Positions 41,831 to 57,800 of a stretch of DNA of 64,000 bases are shown one piece after another. Each line of letters starts with the position of its first letter. Position 1 is the stretch's first letter. The DNA lies in assembly GCF_009914755.1 (NCBI RefSeq), contig NC_060930.1. One strand, 5' to 3'. The notes below the pieces were generated by a model. It was not told where the DNA came from. It made no database searches and saw only the letters and a list, made by a program, of their open reading frames with translations. The position numbers were made by a program, and so were the translations under genes. The DNA comes from the human T2T-CHM13v2.0 reference genome, Homo sapiens.

Positions 41831-43619
41831 TTTCTTTTCTTTTTCTACCCATCATTCCACATATTAATTCAAACACTAGATCAAACTCTGCCACTGTCTG
41901 GTGGAGTAGGCTACTTGTGTGGGTTTTGTAGAAATGAGGAAGTTCCCGGGCAGCTGGAATGATGGGCTGTGCCTGCCCCGTGGTTGTCATCCAGCCCCGA
42001 TGTAGCCAGAACACAAGGACACGGGGAAAACATCCCGTGTGGGAAAGGCAGGAAACCCAGGAGGAGAAGAGAATTGATCTTCCTAGAGTGTAGTTTCCTC
42101 CTTGATTTTGCTAAATGAGGGCTGGGGTTTGTTCTGTTCTTTCACATCTTTGCTAGAAGCAACACAGGTGTACCACAAGCCCCTTGTGGACATCTATTGT
42201 GTGCAGTCAGCCCTCTGAGCTGAGAAACAGGGATGCACACCCCACGCAGCCAGTGCTGGATAATGGGCCTTACAGACAGCAGAAAAACTTGGAATAAGGA
42301 AAAACTTGGAGAGGAAAAGCAAAGGGCCGGGGATGAGAAGACCTGCTCTCGGTTTCCTCCCTGCTGCTATCTTGCTGTGTGTGTGGCTCTAAACAAGTGA
42401 CCTGGGCCCTGTGCGCCTCGCTGCATTACCAACAGGGGAGCTCAGCACTATCTGCCAACTGACTAAATGGATGGGTCCATGTAATGAAACTCATGCCTCT
42501 TGATGAACTCTGTTCCCTTTTAAAAATAAATGATCTTTTGTAAAGATAGACATTCTCCATATATTCTCTGTAATGTTATTCTACTAGATAAATGTGTTGT
42601 TGGATAGGAAGCAGGTTTCATTTCTCAATGCTGAGTGTATAGGTTCAACCGTAATGGAACACTGTGAGTGACTATTACTGGGAGGGTGTTCTGGTGCCTG
42701 CTCAAAGACCACCAGCCAAGGAAGGAAACAGTAAGCCTCAAGAATAAATGTCCGTTCTCATCTTCCACCCCCTGCCATCTGTATATCAAAGAAGCTACTC
42801 AGCAAAAGTAAACAATCTGTCCCCATTATGCTAAACCTTCAAAAGGCAGGAAACCAGCAACTAAATTAGATCTTGCAGAATAGTTCAACTCTCACATTTG
42901 TGGTTTCCAAAGATCTCCTACTCTTGGTGAGCAGACAATTTGTTCTGTCGTGTTGCATAGAATTCAAGTCAGTAGGTATTTACTGCGTGTTTGCTGTGTT
43001 TCAGGCTCTGCTGGGGACCCCCAGGTCTATCTAGCAGGAAGAAGAGATCTGGATGCAGAGTCCTGCAATATAAAGCAGAATCAAATGCCATTGTGGACGT
43101 GGAAATAAGGATCTGGGGAGAACAGAGGGATACCTTCTTCGGATTGGGGAAGGTTTACAGGGCACCAGAGACCATGCTTCAGGTGCTTGCTGGCCATGGG
43201 GAGAAATTTGTTTGTTTGTCATCATTCTTTCCTATCTTTCACCCTCTTCCCCAGATATGCAAGCCTTGTCTTTCTCCCCTGGATTTATACAAGTGCCACC
43301 TCGATCCAACCACTCTGCCCTTCATGCCCTTCTCTTCCCTTCCAGCCCACAAAACACCTCCACTCAACACTGGATCATCTTCAGGGGCCACACTTATAGC
43401 AGAGAAGAACCATCTTAGCACAGACAGACTTCCTGTACTGAAAACTTGGAATAAGTTTCTCTGTGTGAGCAGGACTCTGCCAGCCCACCCACACTCTATC
43501 ACTCAGGGTGTGGCCCCCGCCCTATCAGCTGCACCAATATCAGCAGCACCAGTATTACTTGGGCACCTGTTAAAAGGCAGACTGTCTTGTGGAATGATAG
43601 ACAATGCAGGCTTGTAATG

Positions 43620-43915
43620 GTGAGCCGGGTGGGAGGGAAGAGGAGAATTACATAATGGGTACAATGTACATTATTTGGGTGATGGGTGTCCTAAAAGCCC
43701 TACCTTCAGCGCTGTGCAATCTATGCATGTAACAAAATTACATTTGTACCCCAAAAACTTGTACAAATAAAAAATTGAATTTAGCTTAATTAATTTTTTT
43801 TAAAAAAAGAAATGCAGGCTTTCAGGCCCCACCCCAGCTTTACTGAACCAAAATCTGAATTTTAGCAACATACTCAGGTGGTTTCTGCACATTAAAGTTT
43901 GAGAAGCACTGGCTA
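43620..43915. mobile_element. L1 3'-end fragment followed by MER5A-like hAT fragment
   Basis: gggtacaatgtacattatttgggtgatggg...ttgtaccccaaaa (L1); caggccccaccccag..actgaa...aaagtttgagaagcactgg (MER5). Confidence 0.65.
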
Positions 43916-44245
43916 AAGCATATTTATACTTGGGTCTTTTTAAATTTTAACACTCAAAGGCAACAACAATTTTCCCCGTGGTCATCTCATGACTTCTGAC
44001 AGAGCCACCAGTGTTATCAAATCCATCTTTCTGCCTCCATTCTCCTAAAACACCCAGGGAGCTGTGTTACTTCCCCAAACACAAACCACCTTCAGATGTC
44101 AGCTAATAGAATTGGAGGGAAATAACTAAGTTCCTGGTCTCAGGCCAAGAACTCTAACTTCCAGGCTGAATTCAGGCAGCAGGGAAGCCTGAAGGCTGAT
44201 TTTCCCTAAGCACAGGAAAAATATCATTTGAATAGGGAGTTTATA

Positions 44246-44829
<584 letters not shown>

Positions 44830-46952
44830 CTACCTTCCAAGCAGCCCCTTCAAATTCTGAGTGGCTTTGACATTTCAAAGCTCTTTACAATGTCAACTCC
44901 ACCTGACTCCCAAGGGAACTATCTTCTGAGAGTTCCATCTGGTTATTTAACTGCTAAGTTCTCTACCTGGGAGAGTGTTCCTTAAATCTATGCTTCTCTA
45001 ATGTGTCTTCAAAGCACCTGGGGATCTGTTGTTTGAAAGTTTGGCAGGGCCACTGAGATTTTTGGCTTTGGTGGGTGATAACAATGCCCCTGACCAGAGT
45101 TTGAGGGACAAGACCTTAGATTTAATTCAATCTACCTTTTACTTATTTAGTCTCAGTTCTGTTCTACAGGACCACAGAGAACAAAGCCACCTGACCTGCT
45201 GTCATATACTGGAACATAAAATCACATCTTTCCCAAATCTTCTCTTTTTTTCTACCAAAAACATCCCAGTTCTTTCCATAGTTCCTTAGCTGTCATGGCT
45301 TTGCATCTTCTTATCATGTGATTAACTGTCTTCTGGAAATGTTCCAGTGAGTGTTGACAAGCCCTTTAGGTGCATGGCACCAATCCTGGAACTCTTCAAC
45401 TTGAACAGAACAACCCTGGGGCCAAGCAGAACCAGGCATTGTCCTGATGCAGATAAGCCCATGACCTTACAATCCTGTTCGGGAACAATGTGGTCCTATG
45501 GATGTATGGAGCCTCAAACAAAAAAAAACCTCCACCCTTCCCTCATACAAATGCATATGCCTTTCTTGTCACAATGGTGAGAAAATGGATGATAAACTAA
45601 TTCATCCTCTAACATACTGGTAACTTGACATGTTATTTAAAGAAACTTTGACAAGGCGATCTTAAAGAGACAATGTCTTACTCTAAAGGCAAACTCCCTA
45701 ATGGCGTCATTGTAGGGCTCATGACAGACTGGTGGGAAAGACATGTGGGGTGAGGGTACTGCTCAGAGCTTACCATGCCATCGCTGCTTCCTCCACTTTC
45801 CCCAAGGCTCCCTGACAAGCAAAATTCACAGCACTCAGCTCTGCTGAGAAATCAGTGCCACAAGGTTGGATAATTTAGAGCAATTTATTTTTTCAAAGTA
45901 GTTATGAGCTAGGAAAGGGCTCAAGAGAACAACTGGGGTCATTACTTCCAAACCTCCCAGCTGACTGGGAGGAAAACCAGCTTTCAGATGGGGACATCAG
46001 CTTTTAGGAAGGAAGGCTGTCATCCTCCTGGAATAAGATGTTAAAAGGAAACCATTTTAGGCTCAGTTTTAGCTGAGCTGCAAGACAACAGACACCATAT
46101 ACCACAATAAAGTGTGAGACCACCATGCGGGTCTTGTAAAAAGAGATGGTGGAAAGCCAGTTTTACACCAACAGATGACCACCCACATCCATCCTGCAAA
46201 CGAGGTTGTAGAGGCGGAGAAACAGTTTAACTAGAAGAGAAATTTTGGAGAAAATGATCCAGTGCATGGCTTCAGTGTGAACACATGAATAGCTTGAGAT
46301 CTGTCCTCTGGAGCTTGAGAGACAAGCTCTAAAAGATGGCCCTTGGCTGGCAGAACAAAGGAGAGGTGCCTGCAGGGATCAGCCAATACATCCAGAGTTT
46401 GTTTGGTCAGAGGATGTGCGAGTGTTTCTCAAGGACCAGATGTGGGCCATCAGAAGACATAGATCTGCAGCAGGATCATCTTAGATCCTTTCCACAGGGC
46501 AGTCTGGAGGTGCGAGAGGGCTTCAGCTGAATCTAGAGATTTACCCCCAGAGGCCTTGGACTGTGGAAAGAATTGTAAATGACCAGCTAGAGAAGAGTTG
46601 CATTTGTCCATGCCCATGCAAGTGCAGGTGAGAGATGGTAGGGTCACCAAAGAACACATGTAAAAGCCCACAGGATGAAGAATCAGCTTTAAACATCGGC
46701 TAGAAGCAGAGAGCATGATGCCAACTCACAGCAAGATTCATCACGTACAAATTCCCCTGCCTCTTGCGTCTCCTCCTTCCCCCATCCACTGTGAAGGGGA
46801 TCAAGGTTAGCGAGCTATGGGAGGAGGCAATAACAAAAGGGGGAAGGTTGGGGGAGAAGCCAACCATGCCCTTCTTTATTGCTGCAGGCAACTGGCCTGA
46901 AGCAAGCCTGAGCTGGGTGTGGGGCAGTCATTATGTCTTTGAGTGAAACTGA

Positions 46953-49085
<2,133 letters not shown>

Positions 49086-50818
49086 GTTCAATTATCACCC
49101 TGACCTGGACATATCAATTATTGACTAGAGAACATTTTGTAACCTGAAAGGAGCCAGAAAAGCCAATATTTGTTCTGAATTTCATCCGTAGTCAGGGAAG
49201 AACTAGTCCCGCAGGATACAATTAGAGGACAATGGGAGATACGGGTTATGCTGCTTTATGATGATGTCCCATGGGTCATTGTGTGTTCAATGTAACAATG
49301 AGGCAAGCATCTGAGAAGTGAAATCACATGATTCTGCTATTCTCATTGCAACACTCACTAGAAGATAAATAGTTTAAGAATATGTTTGTGAGTCAACTAG
49401 GGTTTACAGGTGAGGCCAGATTCATAGACTGTTGGAACCAGAAGAACGTGCTGTATCAGCAACTCCAACCTGTCATTTACCCATAGGAAATCTAGGCCCG
49501 GAGAGAGATGAGACTTCTCCAAGCTCACACATGCAGAGACATCAAGAAAAACATAAAAGTAAATAGCATCTGCTCACACCAACCATATTTAATTAGGTAC
49601 CTTCCTTTGCAGAGGCCAAATTTCTTCCTGTTTCCCAGGACTCAGAGAGATAAAAGCAAAATTGTAGGAAAGATTTTGATAGTATCCAAGAAAAGCTATG
49701 CAGAGAATCTAAATTTATCCTTCCCTGCTGTCCTCTTGAATTGGAGACACAGCCTCTCTTATGATAAGTATCCTTTTGTTGAATGCGCTAAACCTGTCTG
49801 TGAGCACATACCTGCAGATGTATCTGTTTTTTATTATTTGTAGCAGTTACTCTACTTTCCTAAGCTCATGCATTTGACTTATCCAAGGCAGGGTCTCACA
49901 CAGTGCTTGGAACAGAAGAGGGTTCACCAAATGTTTGCAGACTAACGTAATAACTGGATTCCAGTTGTACTGCCTGTGTGCTTTTCATATACCAACAACC
50001 CTGTGTTCAGAGAAAGAAAAAAAGCAACATTTCTACCCATCCTTGAGATTCACCTTCACCTCTTTGCAGATCTATAACTCAGGGCTGCTTAGCGGAGAAG
50101 GAGCACCTCCTGTTGACATCTAGCCCCTTGGGTAGACAACACTGTGTCATGTATGCCTGTGTGGCCTTGCTACCCTCCCCAAGGGCCACTTTTCCATCCT
50201 GAGCTACTCTGTGGCTAATGGTACAAAAAGGTGCTCAACCCCTAGGCCACTTTCCATCTTGTGATGAGAACGAAACACTAACCCTTGCTGGAAGACATAT
50301 TTAATATATGGCCCCGTCAAATCCCTGCAATAATAGACACTTTGTTGCACCTTTAATTCACATGGGTAGGTGTCTGAGACTCCCAGGCAGGACCAACATC
50401 ATCAGTTCTATAGCTCTAGTTTCTTTGGGATGAGTTCCTTAGTTTTGTAGTCCTGCTACTACTCAACAATGACAAATGCCCAGAGTTTCAATGAGAGGAG
50501 AGTGAAGAAACTTACTTGTTACATATGATGTGATGTGGTCTCATTGTCTAAATTCTAATAATATAGACCTAAAAGTTATAATGTCAGCTCTTAATAGCTG
50601 GAGGGACCACTTCCCTCTGCAGCCTGGGGTGGGGACTGTCCAGGCACCCCTTTGTTCCAGCCAGCTACAAATATTTCCCAGGCACCCAGACAGGCAGCCC
50701 ATGGGGCTCCAGTGGCAGAACTGCCAGGAGCTACAATGGCTCCCTCCATAGTGGAAGGGCAGAGACACCTGGGACAGGGAGGTGTCCCTGCAGGTGGGGG
50801 AAGCAGGACGAGGCCTAC

Positions 50819-51013
50819 CTGATTCCATCCTCCCTTCCTCTTTCTCCTGGACTTTCTCAGAGGCACTGCAGCCCCTGGGGAAGGGCTGGTGGCTGAAGAG
50901 GTCATCGCACAGGAGGCTTCGGCACAGCTTGGCGAGGAAGCGGAGGACATAGCCGATGCTGTTCACCACAGGCAGGCTCCGCAGGTGCTGTTTGCCATCA
51001 AAGGAAGCCGAGA
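50819..51013 (-). CDS. SCML4: SCML4 coding exon, C-terminal half of SLED domain (VSASFDGKQHLRSLPVVNSIGYVLRFLAKLCRSLLCDDLFS...RMES), phase 1-1
   Basis: Acceptor ggttttccAG|TC, donor TCAG|GTAGGC; 195 nt; overlaps ORF 50541..50969. Confidence 0.96.
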
Positions 51014-51119
51014 CTGGAAAACCAGAGAGATGTCAGCTTAGAGCCGGGCACTGGAGAAAACCGCAAGTCAATCGGCCGTGGTGAGGATTTTTCGTTTGTT
51101 CATTTTTGTTTTGTTGCTA

Positions 51120-51410
51120 AGCAGACTATATTTGGATTTCACCTGTTTGTTCACAATGTCCTGTTTCTGGTGGGGATCCCACCCAGGACACCACATTACA
51201 TTTAGTTGTCACGTCTCCTTCGTCTCCTTGGTCTGTGACTGTTTCTCAGTCTTGCCTTGTTTTTCATCACTCTAATAGCTTTGAAGAGTACTGCTCAGGG
51301 TAAAATGTCCCTCCGTTTGGATTTGTCTTTTTTTCTCATGATTAGACTAGGGTTATGGGTTCTTTGGGACCACAGAGGTGAAGTACCCTTTCTATCACAT
51401 CACATCAGGG
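51120..51410 (-). mobile_element. L1MC/MD-like 3' UTR fragment
   Basis: Reverse-complement similarity to 62230-62420 (cctagtctaatcatgagaaaa...gacaaa). Confidence 0.65.
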
Positions 51411-51584
51411 GATAAAACTGGAGGAGTGCCGTGACCATGGAAAAAGGGATTTCTCTGACTCTGAAGGATCTTGAGTAACAAGACATGCCCTGAGATGGGG
51501 TTGAAGCCATGATGTTTCCCCACTGCCCTGCATGGTGGTAAGTGCTATGAAGAAGGAATGGAGCAGAGTAAGGAAGTACAGAGA

Positions 51585-51921
<337 letters not shown>

Positions 51922-52554
51922 TTAGACAAGAAGTCAGAAAAGGATTCCTGGATAGAGTGGCATTTGAGTAGAACCTAAAGGACATCCATGAGGTCATCTC
52001 TGCTAGAACAGAGTGGGGAACAAGAGAGAAGTAACCAAGAAATTAAAGAGGTAGCCAGGGCCAGGTCACACAGGGCCTGTGGGATTTTGTAAGGACTTGG
52101 GCTTTTACTTGGAGTGACATGGGAGACATTGGAGGAGGGTTTAGGGCAGAGGAGGGGCATGATCTGACTTAGATTTTTAAAGAACCAGGGAGGTTGCTGT
52201 GGGTGGTGAAAGGTGGTTGGACTCCGGGTATATTTTGAAGTGGAGCGAAAGGATTCTGGATATATTTTGAAGTGGAGAAAAAAAAGCAAAAACCGGTGAG
52301 TTGGAAGTGGGAAGTGGGAGAAGGAGAAGAGTCAAGATGAGGATCAGAAATCCAGTCTTCTTACCCGGGCATGGAATCATCCTCTCCCTGAGCCCTGAGA
52401 GAGGCTTTTAGCTCACAGGCTCATAAAGACCCTAGGAGCCCAGCAGATGAAGGACAGACCCTGGCCACACCTGCTGTCTCCAGGCCTGAGTATGGCTGCT
52501 TCCTCTGCAGAGAGACATCCATGGCCTCCTCATGCAACCTGCCCCAGGCCTTAC

Positions 52555-52755
52555 CTGACACCATCTCACCACCATAGCCCTGCTTGACCAGGGAGAAGAC
52601 CAGCTTCTGCTGGTGGGCGCAGTCGATGCAGGCTTGGACGGCCTGCTGCAGCACCGCCGATGGCTGCTCGGGCCCAAAATGCTCCGGGAGCTGCTGCACC
52701 TTCTTCCTCTCCAGATAGGGCCCCGCATTGGCCTGCTTGTTGATGTAGAGGCAGA
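52555..52755 (-). CDS. SCML4: SCML4 coding exon, N-terminal half of SLED/DUF3588 domain (VCLYINKQANAGPYL...GGEMVS), phase 1-1
   Basis: Acceptor tgtctccgcAG|TC, donor TCAG|GTAAGG; 201 nt; Scm-family SLED sequence (GPYLE..KV.QLP.HFGP..VLQQAVQACIDCA). Confidence 0.97.
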
Positions 52756-54976
52756 CTGCGGAGACAGAGGTCACAAAGCCCTCGGCATCAGGCGCGCATC
52801 AGGCCAGCTGGCGGCCTCTGTGTACACGGGGGATGCCTCAGCCATGCCCCTTTGGCCCTGGCCTTGGGAAAGCTGGCAAGGGCAAAAGTGGGGTGGATTC
52901 TTCCCAACTTAAGAAGTAAAAGAGGCAAAAGAGTTAGACACCCCAAGTGCCAGGGCCTGACCTCGGGGGCTTTCTTGGTTGGAAATAGTTGGATAGGTGG
53001 GTCCACTCTGATCTACTGAAATCTGAATTAAAGACCATTATGGTGGCCCACATGGACCGTGTGTAAAAAGGTATTTCCATGCTGGGAAAATGTACATACA
53101 AAACTTCTTCTCCCTCCTCCAAAGGAGCTGTCAAGCTATAGACAGTTTTTGCCATTTCTTTGTTAACCGTCTACGAACAAAAAAATCAAGATGCCACTAT
53201 CACTCCAGAGACTATATATTCAACAAAGCTCTACAGACAGTGCTATTTACAATCTCAGAGAAAATAAATATTCAACAACCCGCTTAGGTGAACCCAGTCA
53301 ATGGTTTCCACACTTTTAAGGTAACAGACCCCATTGATAAAAAATTGGGGGGGCACCTGTCCCAAACCATGTTTATTTATTTATAGGTTATATACATTCT
53401 TAACTGTATTAATGTATTGGGTGAATTTTTTACAGGAAAGTATCTAATTTATATAATATAATATTATATAAATGTTATTTACATAATATTATATATATAA
53501 ACATAAAAATGTTAGAATGTCTACAAAACTGGTTTTCATATATGATAGATTTCAGTAAATCAAGTGGAATCTTTATGAATTTTGCAATTAAAGAGAAAAA
53601 GAAATATAAATCCTTTTTTAGCAGGAAGATTTTGTACAGAGAAGACTGCCCAAAGGGTTAGTTATCATCAGTAAAATTAGCTCAGTTAGTTGGGTGAGGG
53701 ATTCAGACCTAGTTTATACAAGTTCAACTTCATTCTATTCTATGACAATGAATAAATTCCAACCCCCAACTACCTATGCCACCTGTAATTTGGTAACAGT
53801 TGCTGAACTGGTCAGCCTGTCTTCAGACTATTTGCTTTAAGATTTTTCATTGTCTCAGACATCAAGCCAGATTCCTTAATAAATGAAGAGTGCCCTGGCC
53901 GACCTCTTGAGAAAAAAACTATCCAAAACTTGGAAATAAGACACAAAAGTTATTTCCTTCACTTTCAATGACATGGTACAGCATTGTCTAATAAGCATTG
54001 CATACATTGTAAAACATAGCCAAGAAATAGAAATTGTAAAAGGATGAGATAAGATGAATAGGAATAGTAGGTGTTATATTTTCTTCCATACATTAATGAC
54101 CCCTCTTGTGTATCTGCCTTCTCACTCCCCATCATCCTCCCATAAGCATCTTACCTTAGAGGCCACTGGTGCAAAGGAGTGCTGAAGAGGGACTTTAAGA
54201 GGAGACCAGTGGCATTTTGGAAAGGCTAAGTAGTAACAGCAAAGGTGAAGAAATAGGTTTTTTTGTTTTTTTGTTTTTTTGAGCACCTGCTATAGTCTCA
54301 AGACAAGCATGTGGGTTTGGTGGTATTATTACTGATTTACTAATGAAGAAACTAAGGCTTAAAGAAGTTAGTAGACTGCTCAAAAACTGTAGCCAGTGAT
54401 GCAAAGGAATTTGGATCAAGTCTTTTGGAAGACACTCTGGTAGAGTCCAGGTCTCATCCCAGGTGATAAGAAAAATCTAATAAGAGACCTTCATGCAGGC
54501 ACTATGCCATGCCCTACAAAGAAAGCTTGAACAAAATGAAGCAGTCCCTGCCTTCACAGAGCCTACATCCTGGTTGGGGAAGTAAGCCTATTCAGATCAT
54601 CCCATGAGCTGATGTGAGACCATGTGAAACTGTGGCTGTGAGAAACACAGGGAGGGGCTAAGAGAGCCCATCTGGGGGACCCTGGCAGGAAAGTTCGTGA
54701 GGACCTTCTGGGGAGAAGTATGCTTGATCTGAGATATAAGGGAGGAACAGGGTGGCCCGAAGGGATGATCACTCCAGATGGAGGGAGACAATATGCTAAG
54801 ACCCCATGGCCAGTCCTGGGGACTGAGAGAAGAGCAGTGGGGTGACCCACAGGGTGGAGCCTGCAGGGCCTTGTCGGCCAGATTAACAAGTCTGGGCTTC
54901 GTCTAAAAGCAATGGGAGGGACTGAAGGGATTTAAATGGGATGGGAGAGGGGCTGGGGTTGTGACATAGGATTCTC

Positions 54977-55027
54977 TGTGTGTGTGCGCGTGTGTGTGTG
55001 TGCATGTGCGTGTGTGTGAGAGAGAGA
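54977..55027. repeat. Imperfect (TG)n-(GA)n microsatellite
   Basis: Seen directly in sequence. Confidence 0.9.
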
Positions 55028-55549
55028 TACCATCAGCTTGTCATTACTATTATGATGAAACTGTCAGTTGGTGGATGCCCCACCATAGACAGAGATTGGG
55101 ATACCTGCTACCCTGACTGGGTTGGAGGGTAGTGGGTCAGACTGAGGGCGAATGGGATCCTTAGGAAATCTGGAAGAGCAAACACAGGAACAAGAGCACT
55201 GTTTAAGGTGAGCAGGCTTAGATCAGTGCAATGGATCAGCGCACCCCAGCTCCTAAAAGAAACATCTGGCCACCCTGTGCCCCGCTGTCATCCACCTCCC
55301 TCCAACCAAAGCAACCACCTAAACCCAAGCTGCACTGAAAACCAAGTTTTAAATAATCCAAGCTGTGGGACATATAAACTGGTGCTCTCAAAGACTCTGG
55401 TCATCCTGTCTGCTGCCTAGCTAGCACACTAAATCGCTCATTTGAGCCATCTCAGCAACAACTCTTTAATCCACAAAGTAACAATTAGATGGTAGCTGCC
55501 CTGTTCTCTACAGACCATCACAGCCTTGGAGTTCATTCTGCTGACCTAC

Positions 55550-55679
55550 CTGTGAGAGCCTGTGGGGCCGCCAAGCTGGGGACCGTGGCTGCGTCCTGAG
55601 GGATGGAGCTGAGGTCGGGCTCTGGGGTACTCCGCGGAGGTGAGAGGGCTAAGGGAGTCATGAGAACCCGAGACTTGAT
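55550..55679 (-). CDS. SCML4: SCML4 coding exon (IKSRVLMTPLALSPPRSTPEPDLSSIPQDAATVPSLAAPQALT), phase 0-1
   Basis: Acceptor ctctcttccAG|ATC (AG at 55681-55680), donor ACAG|GTAGGT; 130 nt; lies inside ORF 55533..55862. Confidence 0.95.
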
Positions 55680-56574
55680 CTGGAAGAGAGAGCCCATTTG
55701 GTCAATGAGAATCTGGCAATTCTCTCTACACTCTTCCAGATTCTGTCCTAGACGGCAGTTAACCATTGCTCTTCTATCATGCTTCCACACCTTTCCATCC
55801 TGCAGTTTCGGGGCCTGAGCTGCAGATTCAAGTTCATGCTCAGGATTCATATTTGGGGTCACACTCAGAGATCACCTCTCATTCCACCCTTTCAGAAGAG
55901 CCACCCAGGAAATGACAGTGTCAGGCAGTGAGTGCAGGAGCACACAGAGGTGTGAAGAGTTGGCATCCATGAACGCTTTGAGTGCAGAATGCAGGATAGG
56001 AGAGTTTCCAGCCTGCAGCCCATGTGTTCCCTAGAATCCTGTGGACAGGGCTTTCCCTGTATCCACCCAACCAGAGACCAACCCTTCACTGTCTCCCAAG
56101 CTCTCTGCTCACAAAAATCACTGGGTCCTGCCGGAAAAGAGAGCAGGAGCCATTCCTCCAAGAGGCTGACATACCACTGTGTTTATTTCCTGCAGCAGAT
56201 TGACAAAACTAGGCTGGATGTGGACACAAGAGTGGGCAGCAGCCACTTTGATGATTTCACTTGAAACCACAAAGGAGGAGTTAAAATTTGCTCTTATGGA
56301 GTAAGGGGAAGATGAATAGTTGATGACTTGTTGATATCCATATTAACAAGTTACTCTTTATATCAAGACTAGTACAGAGACAAGCTTTTAATCTTAGCTC
56401 TCTACCCAAAAGTAATGAAGAAAGTCAGTCATGTCCCTGTCTTCACCTCTGACCTATATCTAGACCTCACTCTAGACCGATTAAGTCAGTCTCTGGAAGT
56501 GAGACTCACACATCCGGAGTTTTTAAAGATACTGAGATTCTAATACACAGTTAAGGCTGGGGACCCTTGCCCAA

Positions 56575-56740
56575 CACCAAAGCTTTTCAATTTTTGCAAT
56601 CAACCTTCTAGAGGGTCTTGTTAAAATGCAGATTCTGATTCAGGAGTTCTGGTCTGGGACAGGAGATTCTGCATTTCTATGAGCTCCCAGGTACCACTGA
56701 TGCTGCTGGTCCATGGACCACACTTCGAGTAGCAAGGTTG
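56575..56740. mobile_element. MER5A-like hAT element
   Basis: cttgttaaaatgcagattctgattcag...tgctgctggtccatggaccacacttcgagtagcaagg. Confidence 0.8.
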
Positions 56741-57424
56741 TATGTCCTATTGTTAACATGTGTGCAGTCCTCATCTATATCTTCACTTTCGTCCTGGATT
56801 TTTAGGATAGAATACTAATAATAGTCATGGAGAAATAGTATTTGAACTGCTAGTTCCCCAGTCATTCTATATTCACTCATTTATTTGTTCAACAAATATA
56901 TACCAAGAGCCTATTTCATGCCCAACACTCTTCCAGCTGCTACGGAAACAGCAGAAGCAAAGCATACAAAAATCTTTGGCCTCATGGAACTGATATTCTG
57001 TTGGGGGGAGACAGACAATAAACAGAATAAATGGGTAAATGATATAGTAGATTACATGTTAATAAAAGCTGATGATGAAAATAAGGAGGGAAGGGGCATG
57101 AGAAGTGCAATTGAGTTGTACTTTAGGCTGACATTTTTAAATAAGGAGGTTGAGGCATTTCTTGGGTGAAATTGTACCCAAGATTTGAAGGAGGTGAGGG
57201 AGCAAGTCATACAGTGTGTAGGGAAAGAATATTCCAGGCAATGTCGATATCAAGCCCCAAGGTTCTGAGGCAGGAGTATGCCTGGAGGGTTTGTGCAACT
57301 GTAGGGAGGCCAGAGTGAGACAGGAGAGGTAATAAAGCCAGGTTGGGCAGGGCTTTGCAGGACACTGTCAGGCTTTTAGCTATTACTCTTGAACTCTTTT
57401 GAGCAGAGAAACAATAGGATTTAA

Positions 57425-57800
<376 letters not shown>

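Noticed and set aside
42991-43617. Longest ORF in the track (208 aa, plus strand)
   Set aside because: Non-ATG start, no recognisable domain, antisense in an intron, no splice support.
49253-49319. Box C (ATGATGA) ... box D (CTGA) with a weak terminal stem, snoRNA-like
   Set aside because: Only ~60 nt, antisense to the host gene so it cannot be processed from this intron, and no clear guide sequence.
52222-52285. Two copies of tatattttgaagtggag about 32 bp apart
   Set aside because: Small local duplication in L2-like sequence; only two units, not an array.
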